A stretch of DNA of 64,000 nt from Eledone cirrhosa. Its lineage: Eukaryota. The stretch covers positions 7,254,001-7,318,000 of the forward strand of contig OZ024762.1 of the NCBI GenBank assembly GCA_964016885.1. Direction: 5' to 3'. The notes under the pieces are model-generated. The model did no database searches. It was given only the letters and a program-made list of their open reading frames with translations, and was not told the origin of the DNA. A program made the position numbers and the translations under genes. Below are positions 26,345 through 39,727 of this stretch, in pieces. The number at the start of each line of letters is the position of its first letter. Within the stretch, counting starts at the first letter, position 1.

Positions 26345-27397
26345 ACATATTTGTGCGTGTGTGTATGTATGTATATATGTATGCATATATATACATATGT
26401 ATATATATATATATATGTATGTATGTGTACATTTGTGTTAGTGTGTGTATGTATGTATATATGTATGCATGTATACGTGTACATATGTATATGTATATAT
26501 AACAGATGGTCTACAGTGTGTTGTTATCTTACCTATTATAATTGATATGTTTTGGCTATCTGCTGCAATCGAAAGTGCAATATATGGCTGAGGTCACCTA
26601 TTTAAATCTATTGTTGTCCTCTTCTTTGTTGTAATATTTTGCTTTCAATGAATAACTTTTACTGTGGTTATCTCTCCCCCGTCTCTCTCTCTCTCTCTCT
26701 CTCCTACCCCCCTCTCTCTCTCTCCCTCCCATTCTCTCTCTCCTACCCCTCTCTCTCTCTCCTACCTATTATAATTGATATGTTTTGGCTCTCTGCTGCA
26801 ATTGGGAGGTTCAATCCACAGAAGCCATCAAAAGTGCAATATATGGCTGAGGGGTGTCTCTCCTACCCCCCTCTCTCTCCCATTCTCTCTCTCCTACCCC
26901 CCTCTCTCTCCCATTCTCTCTATCTCCTACCCCCCCCCCCTCTCTCCCATTCTCTATCTCCTACTCTTTTTCTATTTGTCTCTATCTATCTCCCATTCTC
27001 CCTCCCTCACTCTCTAACTCACTCTCTATCTTTGATTCTTTATACCTCAGTATCTCTCTCTCTCTCTTGTCCTCTCTCTCTCCTTTTCTCCTCCCACCCT
27101 CTCTCTCTCCAAATTTGTGCAGCTAATTTCCAGAAACTCCCTTCATCCATTTTAACACCAAACACTTAGGAATTCATCGAAACCCTTCAGCAATTATGTT
27201 ATAGCTGTCCTTGCCATTTCTACACATGCACCTTTCGTCTCTCTCTCTCTCTCTATGGATGTATACATACATATGTATACACACACACACACATATATAT
27301 ATATGTATACACACACACACTCACACATAAATATATGTGTATATACATACACACACGCACACACACACACATATATGTATATATATACACACACATG

Positions 27398-27428
<31 letters not shown>

Positions 27429-27554
27429 TCTACCAAAATTAGATTAAAGATGTCATGTCTGAGAATATCAGAAGCATGTGAATATCACCTGTGCAATAAG
27501 CTCACCTGTGCAATAAGCTCAAAGATTCCAAGTAGTAATATTAATTCAAGCATT

Positions 27555-27746
27555 TATATTAAATTAAAAATAAAAAGTTGAATGACATATATATATATAT
27601 AAAATAAACACATCAAACAATTACAGGGGATAATTTGTAAAGAGTGTGTTTACACTCTTTACAAATTATCCCCTGTAATTGTTTGATGTGTTTATTTTAT
27701 ATAAATATATATATATCATTCAACTTTTTATTTTTTATTTAATATA
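27555..27746. repeat. Near-perfect about 190-bp palindrome
   Basis: ...caattacaggggataatttgtaaagagtgt gttt acactctttacaaattatcccctgtaattg..., with arms extending through aaaaagttgaatga / tcattcaactttt. Confidence 0.9.
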
Positions 27747-28104
27747 TATATATCTATATAGCAGCGATGAATTAGTTTTGCGAGGTTTTTTATAAAAATG
27801 GCGTAGACATACAATACAACAGGAGGAAACAATAACACCACTGACGATGTTGCAGATGTGCAAAAAAAGATTTATGATAAACTATATATATGTGTTTGTG
27901 TCTATATTGTATCTGTATTATTTTCGACCGTCGGTCAGTCAATGGCAACATTGAGGACCGAGTAAGTTAGATTACCGATATAAAAGACACAGAAGCGAGA
28001 AGCGAAAACCAACCAAACAGTGAGTGTGTTCTGTTATTAATTCTGGCAATATTACACAAATATGACCCTCCCCAAGTATAACAATATATCTATATATATA
28101 TATA

Positions 28105-28455
28105 CATAATAGGTTTGCTAAGTTGATAACACAACCATATAAAGGCATAGAATATTTGAAAGCTCAAATGTGATTTTATAGTCCACAGCAAGATTGGTAA
28201 AAGACAGTTCAGAGTTTAATCCAATCAGTAAGTTTCTAATCACTGTAATTTTACAATATCCAATATCACAGAACATATATAAAATAAATAAAAATATCAG
28301 ACATGTGGTTGGTAAATAATTATGTTATTTATGTTGTTTAATAGATTCTGAAGAAATCAACACAGTAGAAATATATTTTCCTACTGTATTGATTGAAACG
28401 TTCGTAAATCAATTAAATAATTTAATGTAATTTAATCCAGGGTATTTTTACTCAT
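28105..28455 (+). mobile_element. Dispersed repeat carrying a hammerhead ribozyme (PLE-derived or retrozyme-like)
   Basis: Homologous to 58425-58995 (gctaagttgataacacaaccatataaaggc... through ...taatgtaatttaatcc). Both copies are flanked by TA/TG microsatellite. Confidence 0.7.
28337..28417 (+). ncRNA. Type I hammerhead ribozyme
   Basis: Stem I tttaatagatt/aatcaattaaa. CUGAAGA at 28348-54. Long stem II aatcaa.acagtag/ctactgt.ttgatt. GAAAC at 28395-99. Short stem III AC-gttc-GT. Cleavage triplet GUA at 28404-06. Confidence 0.75.
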
Positions 28456-29487
28456 TGTCCGTGCATGTATGTGTGTGTGCGCATTCTGTTTCCAGTACAT
28501 TTAAACTTAAATTAATCCTTTTCAAATCTCTACTAAACAATATATTAGCTTTTTTATAAGGACTCGCACAAAACCACTCTAGGTTTTATAAAACAACCCT
28601 CTCCGTTTTAAAAGATCCCTTTAGATTCAAATCCTGGAACATAATCTGTTAAATGACTATCTTAGTAATGAAATAATTAATATATTTCATAATAATTAAT
28701 TGAAATAGAGTATATTTCATTAGAATTATAGCCCTGAAATAATTTTGGTAAATCCCTCACAATTCTTAATTAATTGATTCTAATTTCATTAGAATCATGA
28801 TCACAAAATAATTAAAGAGTTTCTATTTTAATTATAATCTTCTAACATAATTTTATATAAGAACCATATGTTAAGTTACTACCTGAGTAATGAAATAAAT
28901 AAATAATTTTAATAAATTCCTCAAAATGTTTCATTAAGTGAAATACTGTGTTCCTGTTTAAAAAACCATTTGTTATGTTACTATCTTAGTAATTAAATAA
29001 ATAATTTAATAAATTCCTCAATGTTTTTCATTAATTACATGAAATAGTGTTCCTATTTAAATTAAAATCTTCCAGCATAATTTTATATAAGAACCATTTA
29101 AGTTACTATGTTAGTAAGGAAATAAATAATTTTAATAAATTCCTCAAAATTTGTAATTAATTAAGTGAAATACTGCATTCCTCTCTCTCTCTCTCTCATC
29201 CACTCTCTCTCACTCTCATCCACTCTCCTTCTCCTCCTGCTCCCCTCCCTCTCTTTCTCTCATCAACTCTCTTTCTCCTCCTCTCTCTCTCTCTCTTTCC
29301 CCATTATATTAGTTACTTTGGAAATTGTTATAACGGTTTGTGTTCAATATATGTTAATTAATATATATTAATCAAATATGGAAAACTAATTAGACCAAAC
29401 CAGAGTGGTTAACGAGATCAAGAGATTTACGGGTTAAGATCTAATAAATACAAGAAAGCATTTCTCACATGTATAAGCATATACATG

Positions 29488-29536
<49 letters not shown>

Positions 29537-29752
29537 TTAAAAATATATATATATACATTTAAAAATATATATATATACATTTAAAAATATATATATATAC
29601 ATTTAAAAATATATATATATACATTTAAATATATATATACACACTCACATTTATATATATATATATATATATATGCGTATATATATTTATATATATATGC
29701 ATATATATATATATTTATGCATATACATATATATACATATATATATATATGC

Positions 29753-29812
<60 letters not shown>

Positions 29813-30282
29813 AATGAAACAACGGAGTTAAGGACTTGTGTTTATCCCTGTAATTTAAGGAGCTCAAGGGAAAATTACCGGACTCTTCACAGTACACTAT
29901 AGGGAGGAGAAAACACGAAAGAATATGTTATCAATTACAGGTGGTATAGGGCCACGAGTGGAAGACATACACACACACTAGAAATATGTACATATATGTA
30001 TATATATATTGGTGCATGTGGATGTGTATGTGTGTGTGATTATTACATTAATTGATTTCTAAGACATTTATAAAACATTAAATTTTGGAAATGAAAAACC
30101 AGAATGTAAATTATTGCGGGGAAACAAGTTGTTACCGTAATAGGGCTGAAAATCTCAACATATGAATCACATCAATAAATCAAAACCCAATATTTTAGTT
30201 TTACTATTTCACTGGCATCAGTTTTTAAAATCTAAACTGCCGAACCACATCATAGTAATACAGTACCCTCTCTTCATTTGTT

Positions 30283-30573
30283 AGGCGCATGGCTTAGTGG
30301 TTAGAGCATTGGGCTTGCAATCGAAAGGTTGTGAGTTCAATTCTCAGACCGGGTGATGTGTTGTTTCGTTGAGCAAGACACTTTATTTCACGTTTATCCA
30401 GTTTACTCAGCTGAAAATGAGTACCAGCAATAGCTGGAGGTTTAACCCTGCGATGGACTGGCGTCCTGTCCAGGGGGGAGTCTTGTACTCTCAGTCGCTT
30501 CACGCCATGAAACCGGGATAAGCACCGGCCAAATGAGCCTTCTGGCTTAAGACAGACTTTAGACTTTTTTAGA
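30283..30573 (+). mobile_element. Full-length SINE family B, tail type 1, with 11-bp TSD
   Basis: tRNA-like head, core, accctgcgatggactggcgtcctgtccagggg domain and (agacttt)n tail. TSD cttcatttgtt at 30272-82 and 30574-84. Confidence 0.92.
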
Positions 30574-30664
30574 CTTCATTTGTTTCTTAGACTCAGTTTA
30601 AATTTAAATTATTTTTTTAATTTTATTTGCATTATTTTTTGTTATTATTAGTGCTTTTGTTAAT

Positions 30665-31072
30665 GTGGTGGATTGACAGAATTGGTAGTGTTAAAAAACA
30701 TGCTTTGTGGCATATAGTTACATCCCTTTACGTTCTCACTTCAAATCCTGCTGGGGTTAGCCTTTGCCTTTCACCCTTATGGGGTCAATAATATAAAGTA
30801 TCAGTCACACCCTGGGGGTCGATTTAATCGACTTTCCCCTTCCCACAAAAAATCATTATTAGTGCTTTTGTTAGGGCAGTGGATTGGTAGAATTGGTAGA
30901 GTGTTGATTAACATGCTTTGTGGCATATAGTTACAACCCTTTACATTCTGAGTTCAAATCCCGCTGATGTCAACTTTGCCTTTCATCCTTCCATAGTTGG
31001 TAAAATAAAGTACCAGTAATGCACTGAGATCAATTTAATTGACTTTCCCTTTCCCCCTAATTTGCTGGCCTG
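30665..31072 (+). mobile_element. Two older SINE family A copies
   Basis: Diverged family A consensus occurs twice. Confidence 0.8.
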
Positions 31073-31293
31073 GTGTGGGTGGGGTGGGGGGGGGGGGTTC
31101 TTATAATTTTAACCATTTTTAATAGCAACCTGGTCAAAATTTCAACTCAATGATCCAAAATTTGTCTATTTTAAGTTTTAATGTTCTCTACCACATGAAA
31201 CCACATTAGCAAGACATTCTTGAAAAGTACAAAACACCATTATGACTATATAATAATAATAATAATGATTTATTTATTAGCGACAAGAGCTTG

Positions 31294-32548
31294 CACATAC
31301 AATAGAGAGAAGAGGTGTTATAATACAGGGCTGGACATACAATAGAGAGAAGAGGTGTTATAATACAGGGCTGGACATACAATAGAGAGAAGAGGTGTTA
31401 TAATACAGGGCTGGACATACAATAGAGAGAAGAGGTGTTATAATACAGGGCTGGACATACAATAGAGAGAAGAGGTGTTATAATACAGGGCTGGACATAC
31501 AATAGAGAGAAGAGGTGTTATAATACAGGGCTGGACATACAATAGAGAGAAGAGGTGTTATAATACAGGGCTGGACATACAATAGAGAGAAGAGGTGTTA
31601 TAATACAGGGCTGGACATACAATAGAGATAACACAGGTGTTATAATACAGGGCTGGACATACAATAGAGAGAAGAGGTGTTATAATACAGGGCTGGACAT
31701 ACAATAGAGAGAAGAGGTGTTATAATACAGGGCTGGACATACAATAGAGAGAAGAGGTGTTATAATACAGGGCTGGACATACAATAGAGAGAAGAGGTGT
31801 TATAATACAGGGCTGGACATACAATAGAGAGAAGAGGTGTTATAATACAGGGCTGGACATACAATAGAGATAACACAGGTGTTATAATACAGGGCTGGAC
31901 ATACAATAGAGAGAAGAGGTGTTATAATACAGGGCTGGACATACAATAGAGAGAAGAGGTGTTATAATACAGGGCTGGACATACAATAGAGAGAAGAGGT
32001 GTTATAATACAGGGCTGGACATACAATAGAGAGAAGAGGTTTTATAATACAGGGCTGGACATACAATAGAGAGAAGAGGTGTTATAATACAGGGCTGGAC
32101 ATACAATAGAGAGAAGAGGTTTTATAATACAGGGCTGGACATACAATAGAGAGAAGAGGTTTTATAATACAGGGCTGGACATACAATAGAGAGAAGAGGT
32201 GTTATAATACAGGGCTGGACATACAATAGAGAGAAGAGGTGTTATAATACAGGGCTGGACATACAATAGAGAGAAGAGGTGTTATAATACAGGGCTGGAC
32301 ATACAATAGAGAGAAGAGGTGTTATAATACAGGGCTGGACATACAATAGAGATAACACAGGTGTTATAATACAGGGCTGGACATACAATACTGGGAACAG
32401 GTGTTATAATACAGGGCTGGACATACAATAGAGAGAAGAGGTGTTATAATATAGGGCTGGACATACAATAGAAATAACACAGGTGTTATAATACAGGGCT
32501 GGACATACAATACTGGGAACAGGTGTTATAATACAGGGCTGGACGTAC
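31294..32548. repeat. 40-bp minisatellite, about 31 copies
   Basis: catacaatagagagaagaggtgttataatacagggctgga, with occasional 41-bp gataacacagg variants. Confidence 0.97.
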
Positions 32549-33096
32549 AAAGTTATTAAAAAATTGAGGGGTGTACAACAGATTTTTTTTATAAAACATG
32601 AAATAAGTATAAAATTATGAAACAATAATAATAATAATAATAAATCAATGAAACAAAACATAGAATCAGGTTCTTTGTTGCTTTAAAACAACCATTTCAA
32701 GTCATCAGTTGCCACTTTTGTTTTATTTATTTATTTTTGTTATTTTTCATTCACACTTTTTTTAAAACTCCTCATTTTACCCTTTTATGTTATTGTTTTT
32801 TAACGTTTTGTTTATATATTTTTTTTCTTTTTTACATTGTTATTATTGAAAATTTCATATCAAAATATTTATAATATTCATAAGATGAAATTTTATTGCC
32901 GACATGAAGAGGTAGAATAAGTTATCAAATTACTGTATTATGAATTCTTCAATGCCATGTTATTGTATACCATCATTTAGTTGTATATTTCTTTATTATT
33001 TATAGCTATCTTCCCTACAGACCAAATAAATTAATAAGAAATTTTTGAATATCCGCATCTTCTATCTTTCCTCATTAAAAACACACACACACACGC

Positions 33097-33142
<46 letters not shown>

Positions 33143-33399
33143 TGTTCATCTGAAAAAGAAAACCTGTTGTCTTGTTACCATCTCTTGTTGCTCCTGTTAA
33201 AAAAAAAACATTGTTTTTGTGTCTTTCCTATTAAAAACCATTGTAGTCTCATGCCTTACCCATGGAAAAACAAACATTAGGTTATGACTTTCTAGTTAAA
33301 AACTTTCCTCCTCAAAGTCAATTTTAGATTATAGATACATTTTTATTTATTTTTATTTTTACCTTTTTTCTCCGAAATTCACATCATTAAATGTAATCA

Positions 33400-35675
33400 C
33401 ACTAGCGCTTTATCAGAAGATAGAATATATACTAGTCCTTCAACAGAAGATAGAATATATACTAGTCCTTCAATGGAAGATAAAATATATACTAGTCCTT
33501 CAATGGAAGATAGAATATATACTAGTCCTTCAATGGAAGATAGAATATATACTAGTCCTTCAACAGAAGATAGAATATATAGTAGTTCTTCAACAGAAGA
33601 TAGAATATATACTAGTCCTTCAATGGAAGATAGAATATATACTAGTCCTTCAACAGAAGATAGAATATATACTAGTTCTTCAACAGAAGATAGAATATAT
33701 AGTAGTCCTTCAACAGAAGATAGAATATATACTAGTCCTTCAATGGAAGATAGAATATATACTAGTCCTTCAACAGAAGATAGAATATATAGTAGTCCTT
33801 CAACAGAAGATAGAATATATACTAGTCCTTCAACAGAAGATAGAATATATACTAGTTCTTCAACAGAAGATAGAATATATACTAGTTCTTCAACAGAAGA
33901 TAGAATATATACTAGTCCTTCAACAGAAGATAGAATATATACTAGTCCTTCAACAGAAGATAGAATATATACTAGTCCTTCAACAGAAGATAGAATATAT
34001 ACTAGTTCTTCAACAGAAGATAGAATATATACTAGTTCTTCAATGGAAGATAGAATATATACTAGTTCTTCAACAGAAGATAGAATATATAGTAGTCCTT
34101 CAACAGAAGATAGAATATATACTAGTCCTTCAATGGAAGATAGAATATATACTAGTCCTTCAACAGAAGATAGAATATATACTAGTTCTTCAATGGAAGA
34201 TAGAATATATACTAGTTCTTCAACAGAAGATAGAATATATACTAGTTCTTCAATGGAAGATAGAATATATACTAGTCCATCAACAGAAGATAGAATATAT
34301 ACTAGTTCTTCAATGGAAGATAGAATATATACTAGTCCTTCAATGGAAGATAGAATATATACTAGTTCTTCAACAGAAGATAGAATATATACTAGTTCTT
34401 CAACAGAAGATAGAATATATACTAGTCCTTCAACAGAAGATAGAATATATACTAATCCTTCAATGGAAGATAGAATATATACTAGTCCTTCAACAGAAGA
34501 TAGAATATATACTAGTTCTTCAATGGAAGATAGAATATATACTAGTTCTTCAACAGAAGATAGAATATATAGTAGTCCTTCAACAGAAGATAGAATATAT
34601 ACTAGTCCTTCAATGGAAGATAGAATATATACTAGTCCTTCAACAGAAGATAGAATATATACTAGTTCTTCAATGGAAGATAGAATATATACTAGTTCTT
34701 CAACAAAAGATAGAATATATACTAGTTCTTCAATGGAAGATAGAATATATACTAGTCCATCAACAGAAGATAGAATATATACTAGTTCTTCAATGGAAGA
34801 TAGAATATATACTAGTCCTTCAATGGAAGATAGAATATATACTAGTTCTTCAACATAAGATAGAATATATACTAGTTCTTCAACAGAAGATAGAATATAT
34901 ACTAGTCCTTCAACAGAAGATAGAATATATACTAATCCTTCAATGGAAGATAGAATATATACTAGTCCTTCAACAGAAGATAGAATATATACTAGTTCTT
35001 CAACAGAAGATAGAATATATACTAGTCCTTCAACAGAAGATAGAATATATACTAGTCCTTCAACAGAAGATAGAATATATACTAGTCCTTCAACAGAAGA
35101 TAGAATATATAGTAGTCCTTCAACAGAAGATAGAATATATACTAGTCCTTCAATGGAAGATAGAATATATACTAGTCCTTCAACAGAAGATAGAATATAT
35201 ACTAGTCCTTCAACAGAAGATAGAATATATACTAGTCCTTCAACAGAAGATAGAATATATAGTAGTCCTTCAACAGAAGATAGAATATATACTAGTCCTT
35301 CAATGGAAGATAGAATATATACTAGTCCTTCAACAGAAGATAGAATATATACTAGTTCTTCAATGGAAGATAGAATATATACTAGTCCTTCAATGGAAGA
35401 TAGAATATATACTAATCCTTCAATGGAAGATAGAATATATACTAGTCCTTCAACAGAAGATAGAATATATACTAGTTCTTCAACAGAAGATAGAATATAT
35501 ACTAGTCCTTCAATGGAAGATAGAATATATACTAGTCCTTCAACAGAAGATAGAATATATACTAGTCCTTCAACAGAAGATAGAATATATACTAGTCCTT
35601 CAACAGAAGATAGAATATATACTAGTTCTTCAACAGAAGATAGAATATATAGTAGTCCTTCAATGGAAGATAGAA
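33400..35675. repeat. 30-bp minisatellite, about 75 copies, with 480-bp higher-order periodicity
   Basis: tagaatatatactagtccttcaacagaaga unit with no indels. Rare variants recur 480 bp apart. Confidence 0.97.
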
Positions 35676-35753
35676 GGAATAGAAAGATAGAGAGAGAAGA
35701 AAAAGGAATTGAATGCTTCATAGTGGAAGCTTGGTGTAGAGGCCCCCCCCCCC

Positions 35754-35784
<31 letters not shown>

Positions 35785-36536
35785 TGACTATATATATATA
35801 TACACCTGGAAAAGGGTTAATAATTACACTTCTGCTTTTGTTGGATTGTTTTTTGTTTTGTTTCCAGTTTTAATTTACCAATTTCATTATTTAATATATT
35901 AAAAGAGATGCCACAGTGCTAAACATCACTTAGTATTGTTGACTTGAAAGCAAATGTTGTGGTAGAGCACCACCACAAAGCTCTAGAGACATACACAGGT
36001 TGCAGAGAGGTTTCACTTCCAAGTGGAAACCATTTTCACTTTCCTTCATTTACCCCATTAACCCTTTTGATACCAACCCAGCCCCAAACTGGCACTGGTT
36101 CTATGAAACAAGACCACCCATATAAAAGGGTTCCTATTTAACCCTTAAATATCAATCTGGCCAAAACTGAAACAGGTTCTACAAAAAAGGAATCACCCAT
36201 TTTAAAGGGTTCCTATCTAAATTAAAATCTTCCAATATAATTTAATATATGAATTGTATATTAAGTAACTGTTTTAGTAATGAAATGATTAATAATTTTA
36301 GAAAATCACTCATAATTTTTCATTAATTGAAATATGTTAACAAAAGGGTTAAAAACACGTCTTTTGAAACATCAATGTTACAAATCATCATTTACCCAAA
36401 CCCAAAACTACTTTATTGGCTTTTATCTGTAGTCAAATGAATATTATTATTATTGTTATTATTAACAGGGGTTCAATGGAAAAAGCTAAAATATTTAAAG
36501 GGCATATCATTTTTTAATTAGAGAAAAAACTGGATG

Positions 36537-36593
36537 ATAATGATGATGATGATGATGATAATGATGATAATGATGATGGTAATAATGGTAATA

Positions 36594-36626
<33 letters not shown>

Positions 36627-36663
36627 GTAATAATGATGATGATGATGATGATGATGATGATAA
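36537..36663. repeat. (GAT)n microsatellite
   Basis: Directly visible. Confidence 0.95.
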
Positions 36664-36789
36664 TCAAAGATTGTTGTGTGAAATTTTAATTATTTCACCA
36701 TGTAATTTTCTTTAAATTTTGCAACACATTTTATATATTATATTATATACAGTAACACACACATATATATACATATAAAGAGTAAAAGA

Positions 36790-36827
<38 letters not shown>

Positions 36828-36865
36828 TCTTTTACTCTTTATATATACATATAAAGAGTAAAAGA

Positions 36866-36919
<54 letters not shown>

Positions 36920-37089
36920 GGATGAGGAAGGGATGCCAATGAAGAAACAAAAAGATATGGCAATCCCCATGTATGTGTATGTGTGTGTGTATATATATAT
37001 ATATACTGTGTTGTTTGCTTTGTTATTTCTGTTTGCTTTTTGCATATGCATACATACATATATATACATACATACATACATATATACAT

Positions 37090-37187
<98 letters not shown>

Positions 37188-37213
37188 ACTTGTGTGTTAC
37201 ACCTCTATTCTTT

Positions 37214-37255
<42 letters not shown>

Positions 37256-37370
37256 CATACACATATATATATATATATATACATACATACACATATATAT
37301 ATATATATACATACATACACATATAAATATATATACATACATACACATATATATATATATATATATACAT

Positions 37371-37457
<87 letters not shown>

Positions 37458-37460
37458 CAC

Positions 37461-37600
<140 letters not shown>

Positions 37601-37636
37601 ATACATACATAGATATATATATACATATATACCTAC

Positions 37637-37671
<35 letters not shown>

Positions 37672-37937
37672 CACACATGATAACATATGTATTTGAAAAA
37701 AGCTATCTATGACACCAGCTGTAGATTGCCTATAGTTTTGTATGACAGCCTTCTATTATAGATAGATAAATAGATACATAATGCTTGTTTTGTTAATGAT
37801 ATTAACTTTACCACTTAGCACCTAACTGCAAATGCACTGTATGTATGTGTATTGTGTGTTTATTATATAGATATATATATATATACACATATATATATAT
37901 ATGCATGTGTGTGTGTATATTGTGTGTTTATTATATA

Positions 37938-37997
<60 letters not shown>

Positions 37998-38020
37998 TAT
38001 ATATATGTGCATTGTGTGTT

Positions 38021-38064
<44 letters not shown>

Positions 38065-38067
<3 letters not shown>

Positions 38068-38254
38068 GGTGGATTGGCAGTATCGGTAGAGGGTCGGACG
38101 CCATGCTTTGCAGTATAGAGTTACGGCCCTTTATGGTCCGAGTTCAAATCCCGTCGAGGTTAACTTTGCCTTTCATCCTTACGGGGTCGATAAAATAAAG
38201 TACCAGTAATGCACTGGGTAATTGCTGGCCTTGTGCCTAAAGTAGAAACAATTA
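38065..38254 (+). mobile_element. Full-length young SINE family A
   Basis: ggcggtggattggcagtatcggtagagggtcggacgcc ... agtagaaacaatta. Confidence 0.92.
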
Positions 38255-38428
38255 AATAAATATATATATATATATGTGTGTGTGTGTATTGTGTGTTTAT
38301 TATATAGATACATATATATATACACACACATATATATATATACATGTGTGTGTATTGTCTGTATATTATATATATATATCTATATATATATATATACTTA
38401 TTTATATTTTTATATATAAGTATAACTA

Positions 38429-38460
<32 letters not shown>

Positions 38461-38461
38461 C

Positions 38462-38543
<82 letters not shown>

Positions 38544-39066
38544 ACATGTGTGTGTGTGTTTGTGTATATGTGTGTGCATGTATATATATGTGATAATGTG
38601 TGTGCATTGTATTCACATACACACACACACACACATAGAGAATAACATGTACATTAGTTATCAATCAAGACATCTTAAAATATCTGCTGCTTTGAAATAT
38701 GTTTTTTATTCTCTTTTGTTTATGTTTCTTCCAAAGACCAAATTCTTTTATATTTCAATCTCATCAAAATGGACAGAAGAAGAATTACCAATGTGTTTTT
38801 AAATCTTCAAAACAGTAAAATATGGACAATATATTTATAAAATTTCAAATCTAACAATTTGGTTATTTTGTTACACATGATTTATATATAGAGAGAGAGT
38901 GAGAGAGAGAAAATTATACAGCTAATATCAACATTTTTTTTATTCAATTATGTATATTAAATTTTTACTTATTTACATATTATATATATATATATTACAT
39001 ATTATATATATATATATATATATGTTTACATATATATATATATACATAAATATATATATATATTTT

Positions 39067-39098
<32 letters not shown>

Positions 39099-39474
39099 TA
39101 TATATATTTACATATATATATATTTACATATATATATATATACATATATATATTTACATATATATATACATATACATATATATATTTACAAACATATATA
39201 CATATATATATATAAATATATATAGATATATATATACATATATATACACATATATATACATATGTATATATATGTAAATATATATATATATATATACATA
39301 TATACATATATACATATATATATATGTATATATACATATATACATATATACATATATATATACATATATATACATATATACATATATATATACACATATA
39401 TATATATATATACATATATACATATATATATACACATATATACATATATATATACACATATATACATACATATA

Positions 39475-39511
<37 letters not shown>

Positions 39512-39727
39512 ATTTTAAATTATATTACAGAATAGCAACCACCATATATAATCAATGAAAAGACCAATGGAAACATTGTTTCCTTGGTCTAATTTAAATA
39601 TCAGTCCCCTTTTTTTTTATTTTGGTGGAGCTATTGGGAGGGGGTGCTTTTTTTTTCAATCTTGTATCTGGTGGAAACATGATAGTTTGATGACATGGTT
39701 AAATTGTTGTTGCTGTTGTTGTTGTTG

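Noticed and set aside
31294-32548. CRISPR-like regular array (also 24005-24395 and 33400-35675)
   Set aside because: The units are contiguous with no unique spacers, there are no cas genes, and the context is eukaryotic.
38747-38802. Possible phase-0 alternative terminal exon ([21 protein letters not shown])
   Set aside because: Only a pyrimidine tract and a weak AAG acceptor support it, which is expected by chance in AT-rich DNA.
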